A stretch of DNA of 32,000 nucleotides from Candidatus Thorarchaeota archaeon (GTDB lineage Archaea > Asgardarchaeota > Thorarchaeia > Thorarchaeales > Thorarchaeaceae): the NCBI GenBank assembly GCA_003345555.1, contig PRDJ01000073.1, forward strand, positions 1-32,000, in the 5' to 3' direction. How positions within the stretch are numbered: position 1 is the stretch's first letter; each line of letters begins with the position of its first letter. Positions 16,719 through 24,602 of this stretch are shown piece by piece. Position numbers and translations under genes: made by a program. The notes below the pieces were generated by a model, which worked only from the letters and a program-made list of their open reading frames with translations, had not been told where the DNA came from and made no database searches.

Positions 16719-17600
16719 ATGCTTAATAAAGGCACGAACGGCGCTATCTCGAACGCAGTGGTGCCGCCCATGGCTGAGTCCGTCAAGAAACCGGGTAGGG
16801 TGATGAGCTTTGTTCAGCAGTACAGGCTCAAGATGCTCATCCCTGAACTGCTCGTTGTCTTTGCTGTATGGTACATGAGCCCAAGTTCGCCAACGACAAA
16901 CGTCTATCTGCTTCTCGGGCAGTTCTCCATAATCGCCCAGCCACTGTACTCCATTCCGAGCGGATTGTTGCTTCTTATGACGGCGTTCATGTTGCATGGG
17001 ATTTATCCGTTGGACAACTACCATGAAGGCAAGATTCCGTCACTTCCAAAGGCAGCCGTACCGATGATTCTCCTAGCCTTCTTGTTCTTGCCGCTCTTGG
17101 TGACGCTCCAGATGATGGGATATTTCATGACAGAGGCCACAGAATACCTCGGTCGAAACCCACTCTGGGAACGTGTGGAGAGTGTCGGTGATTTGTTCTT
17201 CTATGCTGGGCCAATGTTCTTCGTAGCATTTCAGTGGTGGCTCTTCATTCCCGTCTTGTTCTTGTCAGAAGCAGTGGATGGTATACACAAGATAGCCCAC
17301 CATGAGACGTCCAGTGTGAAGGTAGCTGTAGTATTCTACTTCCTATGGCCCGTTTCAATGCCGTTCTTCTTCGACCCAGTTGAGATCATGGCAATGGCGG
17401 CCTTATCCATTCCGGCCTTCGCTTTCTACTCCTACATCAGGCCCTATTATGCATACGTCACTGCTGTACATACTCTGACATTTGCTCTTCTCGTGGTAGT
17501 AACGATAGTCCTAGGACAGTGGATGCCTTTCGTAAACATGTGGTTCCCTGGATTCATACCACCGCATGTTCCACCGAGAATCTGGCCACCAATATTGTAG
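16719..17600 (+). CDS. Polytopic membrane protein, possibly a degenerate CPBP/Abi-like family member
   Basis: About 7-8 hydrophobic segments. 'Y.YIRPYYAYVTAVHTL' resembles the CPBP HxxxN region but the EExxxR motif is not evident. Pro-rich C-terminus. Confidence 0.5.
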   Translation: MLNKGTNGAISNAVVPPMAESVKKPGRVMSFVQQYRLKMLIPELLVVFAVWYMSPSSPTTNVYLLLGQFSIIAQPLYSIPSGLLLLMTAFMLHGIYPLDNYHEGKIPSLPKAAVPMILLAFLFLPLLVTLQMMGYFMTEATEYLGRNPLWERVESVGDLFFYAGPMFFVAFQWWLFIPVLFLSEAVDGIHKIAHHETSSVKVAVVFYFLWPVSMPFFFDPVEIMAMAALSIPAFAFYSYIRPYYAYVTAVHTLTFALLVVVTIVLGQWMPFVNMWFPGFIPPHVPPRIWPPIL

Positions 17601-17607
17601 TTATGGA

Positions 17608-17910
17608 TCAATTCATGCTCGCTGAAGTTGGTTTCCGTGTAGCTTCCTCAATGTCTTCCTCACGTAGCTTGTGCTTGAACGGTCTGCCCTGGCCATAGAT
17701 CGTAGGGTCTTCGTTCCTCGTCTTTGACATGATGGCGGTGAAACCGATTATCTGGACCACCAAGGCGGCCATGCTGATGAGGAAAACCTCGGTGAAGTAC
17801 TCGTGAGAAAAGAGTCTGAAGAACCATATGGTGGGATACGCGAAAGCTTGGACTATTATCCCTGCCAAGAGCATCATTACCCACCTGTTCGTCCAGTTGG
17901 CACGAGCCAT
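17608..17910 (-). CDS. Small two-TM membrane protein with charged C-terminal tail
   Basis: 100-aa ATG ORF with two hydrophobic helices, co-oriented with the three upstream paralogs. Confidence 0.62.
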   Translation of the reverse strand: MARANWTNRWVMMLLAGIIVQAFAYPTIWFFRLFSHEYFTEVFLISMAALVVQIIGFTAIMSKTRNEDPTIYGQGRPFKHKLREEDIEEATRKPTSASMN

Positions 17911-17988
17911 GCATTGGCAACCTCATTAGAAGTTCTGAGTTGTGCCGCTCGGGCGTGCGATAGTTAAAGATAGCTGTGACGTCAATCT

Positions 17989-18954
17989 CTATGGCTTGTA
18001 GGTCTCTTGAAGTATCCTAACAAGCTCTGCCGCAAGGATTCGGAAATCTGCTTTTGAAACGTATGGCACGTCACTGCTGCGTTTGGGAATATCAAATCGC
18101 CCAACTACGACCGCGACATCTTTGTCCATAGAGAACTCGAACAATCCGGGGTATTTTGTCCTGAGTCTCACTTGGGTTGTTGCCTTGTCCACTGTCCCGC
18201 CCTTGTAAATCGTGCCTACGAGGTATGGATAGACGAAACCAGACTTAGAAACTTGGACCTTTATCGTGACTGTATCCGGAAGGCCATCCAGATAGGCCTT
18301 GCATTCAGCGCCTAGAATCGTATGCATGTCACCCCGCTCGCCTACCTCGACGCTGACTCCTGCCCTTACGCCCTGAACGCTGGCAAGTTCACGCGAGAAC
18401 GCATAGGAATCTCCGGATAGCGGGGGCTTGAAGAAAGTCTTCGGATCAATCTTCACTACCCTGTATCCTACTAGAAAACCAAGCACAGAGACTATACCAT
18501 ACTGGACTGCAATCAAGATGAAGGAGTCGACAAGGTTCCCAAAAAGGGGCGGCTGGAACTGTTGGTAAAGTGTGCTCAGTATCCCTAGACCAATCGAGAC
18601 GGGAAAGAGTACGCAACAGGTCAGTCCTCCTGCAGCACTGGCATAAAGGTGACCGTAGGCCTTCTCATGCGCCTCAACCATACGTTCATACTCTGAGAAG
18701 TTAACCCAGACTGTCTGGCGTTTCCACTCGCCGGGAATGTAGTCGATTGCTCTTTTTGAACCAGCTCCCATCGAAGCGGAGAACAACAGAACAAGTACCG
18801 GTATCCCGAAATATGTCACCGACAGAGAGCTCAGGTCGGACGGACTGCTGACCTTGAACCAAAATCCGAGAGCAATGAAGATGGCAACCAGTACCGGAAA
18901 AGCTAGATTAACCATGCGCTGCCTGCTGTAGTCAATAATCCTTTCTTCACTCAT
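17989..18954 (-). CDS. Uncharacterised 4-TM membrane protein, paralog 3 of a tandem triplet
   Basis: Layout is 2 TM, 'W......NFSEYERMVEAHEKAYGHL', 2 TM, then 'GYR......FFKPP' and a soluble beta-rich C-domain. Confidence 0.8.
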   Translation of the reverse strand: MSEERIIDYSRQRMVNLAFPVLVAIFIALGFWFKVSSPSDLSSLSVTYFGIPVLVLLFSASMGAGSKRAIDYIPGEWKRQTVWVNFSEYERMVEAHEKAYGHLYASAAGGLTCCVLFPVSIGLGILSTLYQQFQPPLFGNLVDSFILIAVQYGIVSVLGFLVGYRVVKIDPKTFFKPPLSGDSYAFSRELASVQGVRAGVSVEVGERGDMHTILGAECKAYLDGLPDTVTIKVQVSKSGFVYPYLVGTIYKGGTVDKATTQVRLRTKYPGLFEFSMDKDVAVVVGRFDIPKRSSDVPYVSKADFRILAAELVRILQETYKP

Positions 18955-19921
18955 TCGTTTCTTTCTTCTCCCTGTCGACGCTGTCGGGTGTACCTGTGGA
19001 CGCAGTTGAAATCATCCCTAGCTCGGCCATCACTTCATCAAGTATCTCATCGCTGCCTTTTGCTTTTACGTACTCTGCGATACAACTTCTTACGAGCTCA
19101 TCGAGCTGATTATGGATGGATGTACCATTCTCTGCTTGCGGGGCAACGAGCTTCATCTCTTCTGAATCAAGCTTGACCTTCGCCACAGCCTCAAAGGGCA
19201 CGCCCAACTTGTCAGCTTGGACCTCAACCCAAGCTGAATTCTCTATGCCTTCAATCCTGCCCACTGCGCCGGGGCTTCGAAGTGTGAAGTAGCCTGCGCT
19301 TTCACCGATAGATAGTCTGATGCCGGCCCAAGAAATGCCAACGGTATCTCGAAGCAGGTCAACAGCAGCGCGCAACGGCCGAGCCTTGATGAGTGGAAAA
19401 CTTGGGGTGGCATCATTTGGGAGTGCCATGTACGCAACGCGAAGAACAGTCAGCCCCAACACCATCAATAGCATGGCAAACACATGAGGGGCCCACCCCG
19501 ATGCTTGCTGGAATTGCTCCACAATGATTAGTGGCAACAGCAGGGCAATCGCGGCAACAGCAGCGGCCATCAAGACTAATGGAATATCAAACCTGCTTTG
19601 CAGGTGCGAGTATGCCCGCGTGTAGTCTCCTGCAAGATGCTCGAACTCACCATACTCAATCTCCCTTTCCTCAAGGTGCCACTCGATAGGAGACACCGAA
19701 ACCTGCAGTTTCATTCTCCAAGACGTTAGAATCAAGGGTGCCAGCATGGTCGCCATTACAGCAGCAGCCAGAACAAACCATCCACCCGGGTCTGACCAAG
19801 CCGTCAGCAGTACAGATTGAGACAACTCCTCCCCTGCAACAATCCATATGAGTAAGACAACAAGAACAAGGGCGTAGTACGGGAGGAGTGATCTGTAGAC
19901 GACAACTTCCTTAGACACCAT
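18947..19921 (-). CDS. Uncharacterised 4-TM membrane protein, paralog 2 of a tandem triplet
   Basis: Layout is 2 TM, 'W......EYGEFEHLAGDYTRAYSHL', 2 TM, then 'AY.......SFPL' and 'GYFTLRSP...RIEG'. Overlaps the next gene by 8 bp. Confidence 0.8.
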   Translation of the reverse strand: MVSKEVVVYRSLLPYYALVLVVLLIWIVAGEELSQSVLLTAWSDPGGWFVLAAAVMATMLAPLILTSWRMKLQVSVSPIEWHLEEREIEYGEFEHLAGDYTRAYSHLQSRFDIPLVLMAAAVAAIALLLPLIIVEQFQQASGWAPHVFAMLLMVLGLTVLRVAYMALPNDATPSFPLIKARPLRAAVDLLRDTVGISWAGIRLSIGESAGYFTLRSPGAVGRIEGIENSAWVEVQADKLGVPFEAVAKVKLDSEEMKLVAPQAENGTSIHNQLDELVRSCIAEYVKAKGSDEILDEVMAELGMISTASTGTPDSVDREKKETNE

Positions 19922-19955
19922 ACTGCCTCGTCACTAGAACGCGCTTACTGGACAG

Positions 19956-20984
19956 TTAGCAGTTTCGGTGCTCGAAGTCTACTTGCCGAACACCAAGGAG
20001 CTTGAGCTCTTCAGATGCTAGGCTTCCATTGATGCCCCTTTGCAGGAGTTCCGAGAGTATCAGTGCGATTGCGTTCTCGGTCACAAGTCGTACATCCTTC
20101 ACACCCAACTGCCGAATCTTCGAGGGGACGGGGTTACGTACATAATATCCTTCTTTATCGTCTGGAGTCCTCTTGAGGAAACTCCTGTCTCCAGAGTGCC
20201 AAAGCCAAGATGTGCTCCATGAGCCATCAGGTCCTTTGAGGACACATAGGACCCGCGAAAGAGATCTGAGGTCCTCGGAGGCCGACTGGACACAAGCTTC
20301 GTGTTCGAATCCTGAGATACGCACAATCACGCGCGGATTTCTGTACACAGTGAAATCGCCACTCATTCCCTTGTCCATCGCTATTCTTACAGGTGAGACG
20401 TTGGGAACGCCCTGCTGCATTCCAGCTAGCCAGAGAGCCTCACGGATCGGAGGAAGTTGGAAGTCGGGCGAGGCCAAGTTGGAAGTTGCTCGATATCCAC
20501 CATAGAAGCTGACAACTCCGATGCATGTTACTGTCAGAACTGACAGGACTGTAATAGATGGAGCAGTCAAACGGTTTACAAAGAAGGAGTAGTACGGCAG
20601 CGACAGATTCAGGAAAACCAAAACGACAGGGAGATGGAAGTACCAAAGCCTGCTAATGGGCACCATGCGGCTGTATTGTCTGGCATGGTCCCGAATCAAA
20701 CGGACACATTCTTCGGCCTCTAGCTGAATGGTTTGGAACTCCCAGTTTGGACGTGAATAGGAGACTGCGGACTTCTTTCCCCTCCAGCCCAGAAAGAATC
20801 CGATAATGGCCGTGTACAATGGCAGGCCTAGAAAGAAAAGTAGCACAGAAGCATAGACAAAGTCAGACATAGGTGCGGCAATCGGGACGATGTAGCAGGA
20901 GATTGAGATCACGAAAATGGTCTGGAGAAGGAACAGGCCCCAGATGACTTTGAGTGATTTGTAGGCAATCGGAGACGCTGACAT
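19956..20984 (-). CDS. Uncharacterised 4-TM membrane protein, paralog 1 of a tandem triplet
   Basis: Layout is 2 TM, 'W......EAEECVRLIRDHARQYSRM', 2 TM, then 'GYR......DFQLPP' and 'GDFTVYRNP...RISG'. ATG at 20984 (a GTG at 21002 is possible). Confidence 0.8.
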   Translation of the reverse strand: MSASPIAYKSLKVIWGLFLLQTIFVISISCYIVPIAAPMSDFVYASVLLFFLGLPLYTAIIGFFLGWRGKKSAVSYSRPNWEFQTIQLEAEECVRLIRDHARQYSRMVPISRLWYFHLPVVLVFLNLSLPYYSFFVNRLTAPSITVLSVLTVTCIGVVSFYGGYRATSNLASPDFQLPPIREALWLAGMQQGVPNVSPVRIAMDKGMSGDFTVYRNPRVIVRISGFEHEACVQSASEDLRSLSRVLCVLKGPDGSWSTSWLWHSGDRSFLKRTPDDKEGYYVRNPVPSKIRQLGVKDVRLVTENAIALILSELLQRGINGSLASEELKLLGVRQVDFEHRNC

Positions 20985-21129
20985 CCACGAACCGTCCTTC
21001 ACTGTTGCGACACAATTCTGGCATCTTTAAGCGTTGCGCGCCGGCCATGAGTCCGGCAGGCACGCCTCCATACTGTGAGACGAATGTGCCGACCTATTGT
21101 GCTGTCGGTTCTTGCGACCTACGACAACA

Positions 21130-21172
21130 TTTATTAGCAGTGGGATGTTAACAATTGTGAAGTAAAGGAGGT
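21130..21172 (+). promoter_or_regulatory. Putative TATA box, palindrome and Shine-Dalgarno for the bcp pair
   Basis: TTTATTA at 21130-21136, palindrome ACAATTGT at 21151-21158 and AGGAGGT at 21166-21172, upstream of ATG 21182. Confidence 0.5.
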
Positions 21173-21181
21173 TGTAGTGCC

Positions 21182-21664
21182 ATGATTAAAGTAGGAGATA
21201 AGGCTCCAGACTTTGAGACGACCACTGCGAGCGGTGAGAGGTTCAAATTGAGCGGCTTGAAGGGCAAGAGGGTTCTTTTGTACTTCTACCCTAAGGACGA
21301 CACACCCGGGTGCACAGCTGAGGCATGCTCAATACGAGACAGCTACGCAGCCTTTGCTGGGAACAATGCGGTCGTGTATGGCGTGTCAGGTGGGCCTTCA
21401 AAATCGCATCAGGATTTCAAGAAGAAGTACAATCTGCCGTTTCCTCTGCTTATGGATGAAGACTTCCGGATAGCAAGGCTGTACGGGGTATACGGAATGA
21501 AACAGATGTACGGCAAAGACTACGTGGGTATTGAAAGGACCTCATTCCTAATCAATCAGGAGGGCAATATCGAAGCCATATTCGGCGGACCTGAAGGAAT
21601 GGAGAAGGTGAACACAAAGGAACATGCCAAGCAGGTCCTTGAGGTATGGGGCCTGAAGCTATAG
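21182..21664 (+). CDS. bcp: Peroxiredoxin Bcp/PrxQ, copy 1
   Basis: 'GDKAPDF', 'LYFYPKDDTPGCTAEAC' (peroxidatic and resolving Cys) and 'ERTSFLI'. Confidence 0.95.
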   Translation: MIKVGDKAPDFETTTASGERFKLSGLKGKRVLLYFYPKDDTPGCTAEACSIRDSYAAFAGNNAVVYGVSGGPSKSHQDFKKKYNLPFPLLMDEDFRIARLYGVYGMKQMYGKDYVGIERTSFLINQEGNIEAIFGGPEGMEKVNTKEHAKQVLEVWGLKL

Positions 21665-21675
21665 AGGTGACTGGA

Positions 21676-22158
21676 ATGTTGAAAGTAGGTGATCAGGCAC
21701 CGGATTTCGAGACAATCACGGACTCCGGGGAGAAGTTCAAACTTAGTGACCTTAGAGGAAGGAAGGTTGTCGTCTACTTCTATCCTGCTGATTCAAGTCC
21801 GGGGTGCACAAAAGAGGCGTGTTCCATCAGGGATAACTACGATACTTTCCTTGCCCAAGGAATTGGTGTCTACGGAATCTCTGGGGGGTCGATCGCATCC
21901 CACCAACACTTCAAGCAGGAAAACAAGCTGAACTTCCCGCTCCTGTTGGACGAGGATCATAGCATTGCCAAACTCTACGGCGTCTACAAGCCAATCGGAG
22001 TTCTTGGCAAGGGGGTACTCGGAGTAAGGCGAGTTAGCTTTCTCATAGATGAGAAAGGGAAGATAGAAGGTATCTTCGGCGGCTCCGAAGGCCTAGACAA
22101 GGTGAAGTCGAGTCAACACGCCGAACAGATAATCAACTTCTGGGGCCTTAAACTCTGA
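21676..22158 (+). CDS. bcp: Peroxiredoxin Bcp/PrxQ, copy 2
   Basis: 'GDQAPDF', 'VYFYPADSSPGCTKEAC' and 'RRVSFLID'. ATG at 21676 preceded by GAGGTGA. Confidence 0.95.
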   Translation: MLKVGDQAPDFETITDSGEKFKLSDLRGRKVVVYFYPADSSPGCTKEACSIRDNYDTFLAQGIGVYGISGGSIASHQHFKQENKLNFPLLLDEDHSIAKLYGVYKPIGVLGKGVLGVRRVSFLIDEKGKIEGIFGGSEGLDKVKSSQHAEQIINFWGLKL

Positions 22159-22171
22159 GTATGCCCTGTTC

Positions 22172-22906
22172 TTACCTTTCCATAGGCCGACCCACGCTGC
22201 TCAAGTAGATGACTGATTCTTTGACTCCGTCGACGTTAAGAATCGCATTTATCTCATTGTCGTAGAAGGCACCTATTTGACAGCTCCCGAGACCAATCGC
22301 TTCGGCGGCAAGAGCAAGGTTCTCTGCGATGTGACCAACGTCCATGTATACATACCTTGCCGCTCTCTCGAGGTATTTCCATATTGACCTCTGGAAAACC
22401 GCGGACCAAATGAAAACGACTGCGGCGCGGGATGCCGTGTCTTGGTCGAGAGCCCCCTCAGCGATTTCCTTAGCAAGGTTGCCCGGCTTGAGCAATTGCA
22501 GAACATGAGCTCTCACATCGTAGTGATAGAGGCCCTGTTCAAGATCTGTAACACGATTTGCGTAGATGTAGGTCTCAACCGGGTACAATGCACCTGCGGA
22601 AGGGGCCGTGCGCAAACTATTCTCTCTGAGGTCAGCTGTTATGCCTTGCGTTGCCCAGAGAAGCTGTGATAGATCCTGCTTTGTCAGTGGGGTTTGAGTG
22701 TAGGCTCTGATGCTTCTTCTTCTTCGTAACGCATCCCAGATCCCAGAACCATCATTCGTCTTGGGCAACGGCAGAGTGATGACCTTCTTGTCCGAATAGT
22801 CTTTGAATGGCGAAGGCCTGGGGATTTGATCAGCGCCTCGCGTCGGAAGTCGCCCACGAACATACTTTGTCTTTTCCTGAAAGTCCTCAACAAATGCCGG
22901 AGCCAT
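22172..22906 (-). CDS. SagB/ThcOx-family FMN-dependent dehydrogenase (nitroreductase fold)
   Basis: 'RRRRSIRAY', 'LSQLLWATQG', 'RTAPSAGALYPVE', 'GLYHY', 'RYVYMDVGHIAENL.LAA...GLGSC.IGAF.D'. Confidence 0.9.
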   Translation of the reverse strand: MAPAFVEDFQEKTKYVRGRLPTRGADQIPRPSPFKDYSDKKVITLPLPKTNDGSGIWDALRRRRSIRAYTQTPLTKQDLSQLLWATQGITADLRENSLRTAPSAGALYPVETYIYANRVTDLEQGLYHYDVRAHVLQLLKPGNLAKEIAEGALDQDTASRAAVVFIWSAVFQRSIWKYLERAARYVYMDVGHIAENLALAAEAIGLGSCQIGAFYDNEINAILNVDGVKESVIYLSSVGRPMER

Positions 22907-23079
22907 ACATCATCGAGACAAGCGCGGTTACTCCATCTTATCAACTAATGGGCGACCCTGCGACCCTCTTCATCCTATCTCCGATGGTACGGGCATAGGT
23001 TTTAATCGAGGGTGAAAGCCAGCACCATCCGTGCAAGCAGACCAAGAGAAGTCTGCACGAAGTTAAGGGGCACAGAGCA

Positions 23080-24507
23080 ATGCCGGAGAAGAAGACAACC
23101 AAGAAAGAGCCCGAGAAGAAGGTCGAGAAGCCTACCGTTCCGGTGAAGGCTGAAGAGCAACTTTCCGCGGATGAGCTGAAGAAGAAAGCTGAGAAACCTG
23201 GCAAAGATGCAATGATCTTGCATCCATTCTATCAAGGCAAGATTATGAGCATCGGCAAATGCCCAGTGAGAGATTTCTCAGATTTTGCCATATGGTATAC
23301 GCCGGGTGTAGCAAAGCCATGCCTCGCTATAAAGGACAACGAGGATCTAGCCTATGAGCACACCAACAAGGGCAACATGGTTGCTGTGGTAAGTGACGGA
23401 ACCAGAGTTCTGGGACTCGGTGACATTGGTCCCTATGGCGCTGGTCCGGTAATGGAAGGTAAGGCACTGTTGTTCAAGTACCTTGGCGGTGTCGATGCTT
23501 GGCCACTTTGTGTCGACACGAAAGACACGCAGAAGATAATCGATTTTGTGAAGCTAATCCAGCCGACGTTTGGAGGAATCAACCTCGAGGACATTGCTAA
23601 GCCCAAGTGCTATGACGTGCTCGATACGCTGAGACGTGACCCTAGCATCAAGATACCAGTCTGGCATGACGATCAGCAAGGCACGGCCTGCGTAGTTCTG
23701 GCTGGTGTCTACGGCGGCCTGAGAGTTGTTAAGAAGGACATCAGGACTGCTAAGGTTGCCATGATGGGCGTCGGAGCCGCAAACACTCGTACAGCATACC
23801 TCCTCATGGCTGCTGGGGTCAACCCGAAGAACATGGTCATGGTTGATACCAAAGGCGCCATCTATGCAGACCGTGAGGATATTGTGAAAGAGAAGAACTA
23901 TGATAGGCTCAAATACGATTTGGCTCAGAAAACGAACCCGACTCGCATGACAGGCGACCTCGGAGCTGTCATATCGGGTGCTGACGTATTGATTTCCGCC
24001 TCCGAACCAGTTCCGGGATCTATCAAGAAGGAGTGGGTCTCGAAAATGGCGAAGGACTCTATTATCTTCGCATGCGCTAATCCTCTCCCTGAGATATGGC
24101 CATGGGATGCGAAGGACGCTGGAGCGAAAATCGTTGGAACAGGGCGAAGTGATTTCGATAACCAAATCAACAACTCCCTTGGATTCCCCGGCATTTTCAG
24201 AGGAGCCTTGGACGTCCAGGCACGGACGATTACCGACGAGATGTGCATTGCAGCGGCGAAGGCTCTTGCGGACCTCGGTGCCAAACAGGCATCAGAGCGC
24301 AAGGTCATTCCAACAATGAGTCAATGGGAACTCTACCCGCTTGAAGCAACCGCTGTGGGAATGAAGGCGATTGAACAGAAGATCGCCAGAAAACAGTGGG
24401 AGGAGAAAGAGCTGTACAAGCATGCCGAGGATGTAATCAGGACGGCAAGGGCAGCCTCCGAGATGTTGTACAAGCAAGGCTTCATTCCCAAGGCACCGCC
24501 AACCTGA
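23080..24507 (+). CDS. mae: NAD(P)-dependent malic enzyme (stand-alone prokaryotic type) with Lys/Glu-rich N-terminal extension
   Basis: 'YTPGVA', 'SDGTRVLGLGDIG', 'PVMEGKALLFK', 'INLEDI', 'HDDQQGTA', 'G.GAA', 'GRSDFDNQINNSLGFPGIFRGAL'. Confidence 0.95.
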   Translation: MPEKKTTKKEPEKKVEKPTVPVKAEEQLSADELKKKAEKPGKDAMILHPFYQGKIMSIGKCPVRDFSDFAIWYTPGVAKPCLAIKDNEDLAYEHTNKGNMVAVVSDGTRVLGLGDIGPYGAGPVMEGKALLFKYLGGVDAWPLCVDTKDTQKIIDFVKLIQPTFGGINLEDIAKPKCYDVLDTLRRDPSIKIPVWHDDQQGTACVVLAGVYGGLRVVKKDIRTAKVAMMGVGAANTRTAYLLMAAGVNPKNMVMVDTKGAIYADREDIVKEKNYDRLKYDLAQKTNPTRMTGDLGAVISGADVLISASEPVPGSIKKEWVSKMAKDSIIFACANPLPEIWPWDAKDAGAKIVGTGRSDFDNQINNSLGFPGIFRGALDVQARTITDEMCIAAAKALADLGAKQASERKVIPTMSQWELYPLEATAVGMKAIEQKIARKQWEEKELYKHAEDVIRTARAASEMLYKQGFIPKAPPT

Positions 24508-24516
24508 ACATCAGAC

Positions 24517-24560
24517 ATGGGCTGCGTTGCGGAACCTCCGCCGCAGCCATCTCCTTTTCC
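24517..24560 (+). terminator. GC-rich hairpin followed by a pyrimidine tract after malic enzyme
   Basis: GGCTGCG (24520-26) pairs with CGCAGCC (24542-48) and GCGGA (24529-33) pairs with TCCGC (24537-41), followed by CTCCTTTTCC. Lies between convergent genes. Confidence 0.5.
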
Positions 24561-24602
24561 TAGAACTCGAATCGCGTACGCAGTATCCGATGATGCTACA
24601 TC

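Noticed and set aside
22172-22906. SagB/ThcOx dehydrogenase as part of the rSAM RiPP-like system
   Set aside because: It is 15 kb away, with no YcaO/cyclodehydratase in the window. Stand-alone SagB-type nitroreductases are common in archaea, and this one adjoins redox genes.
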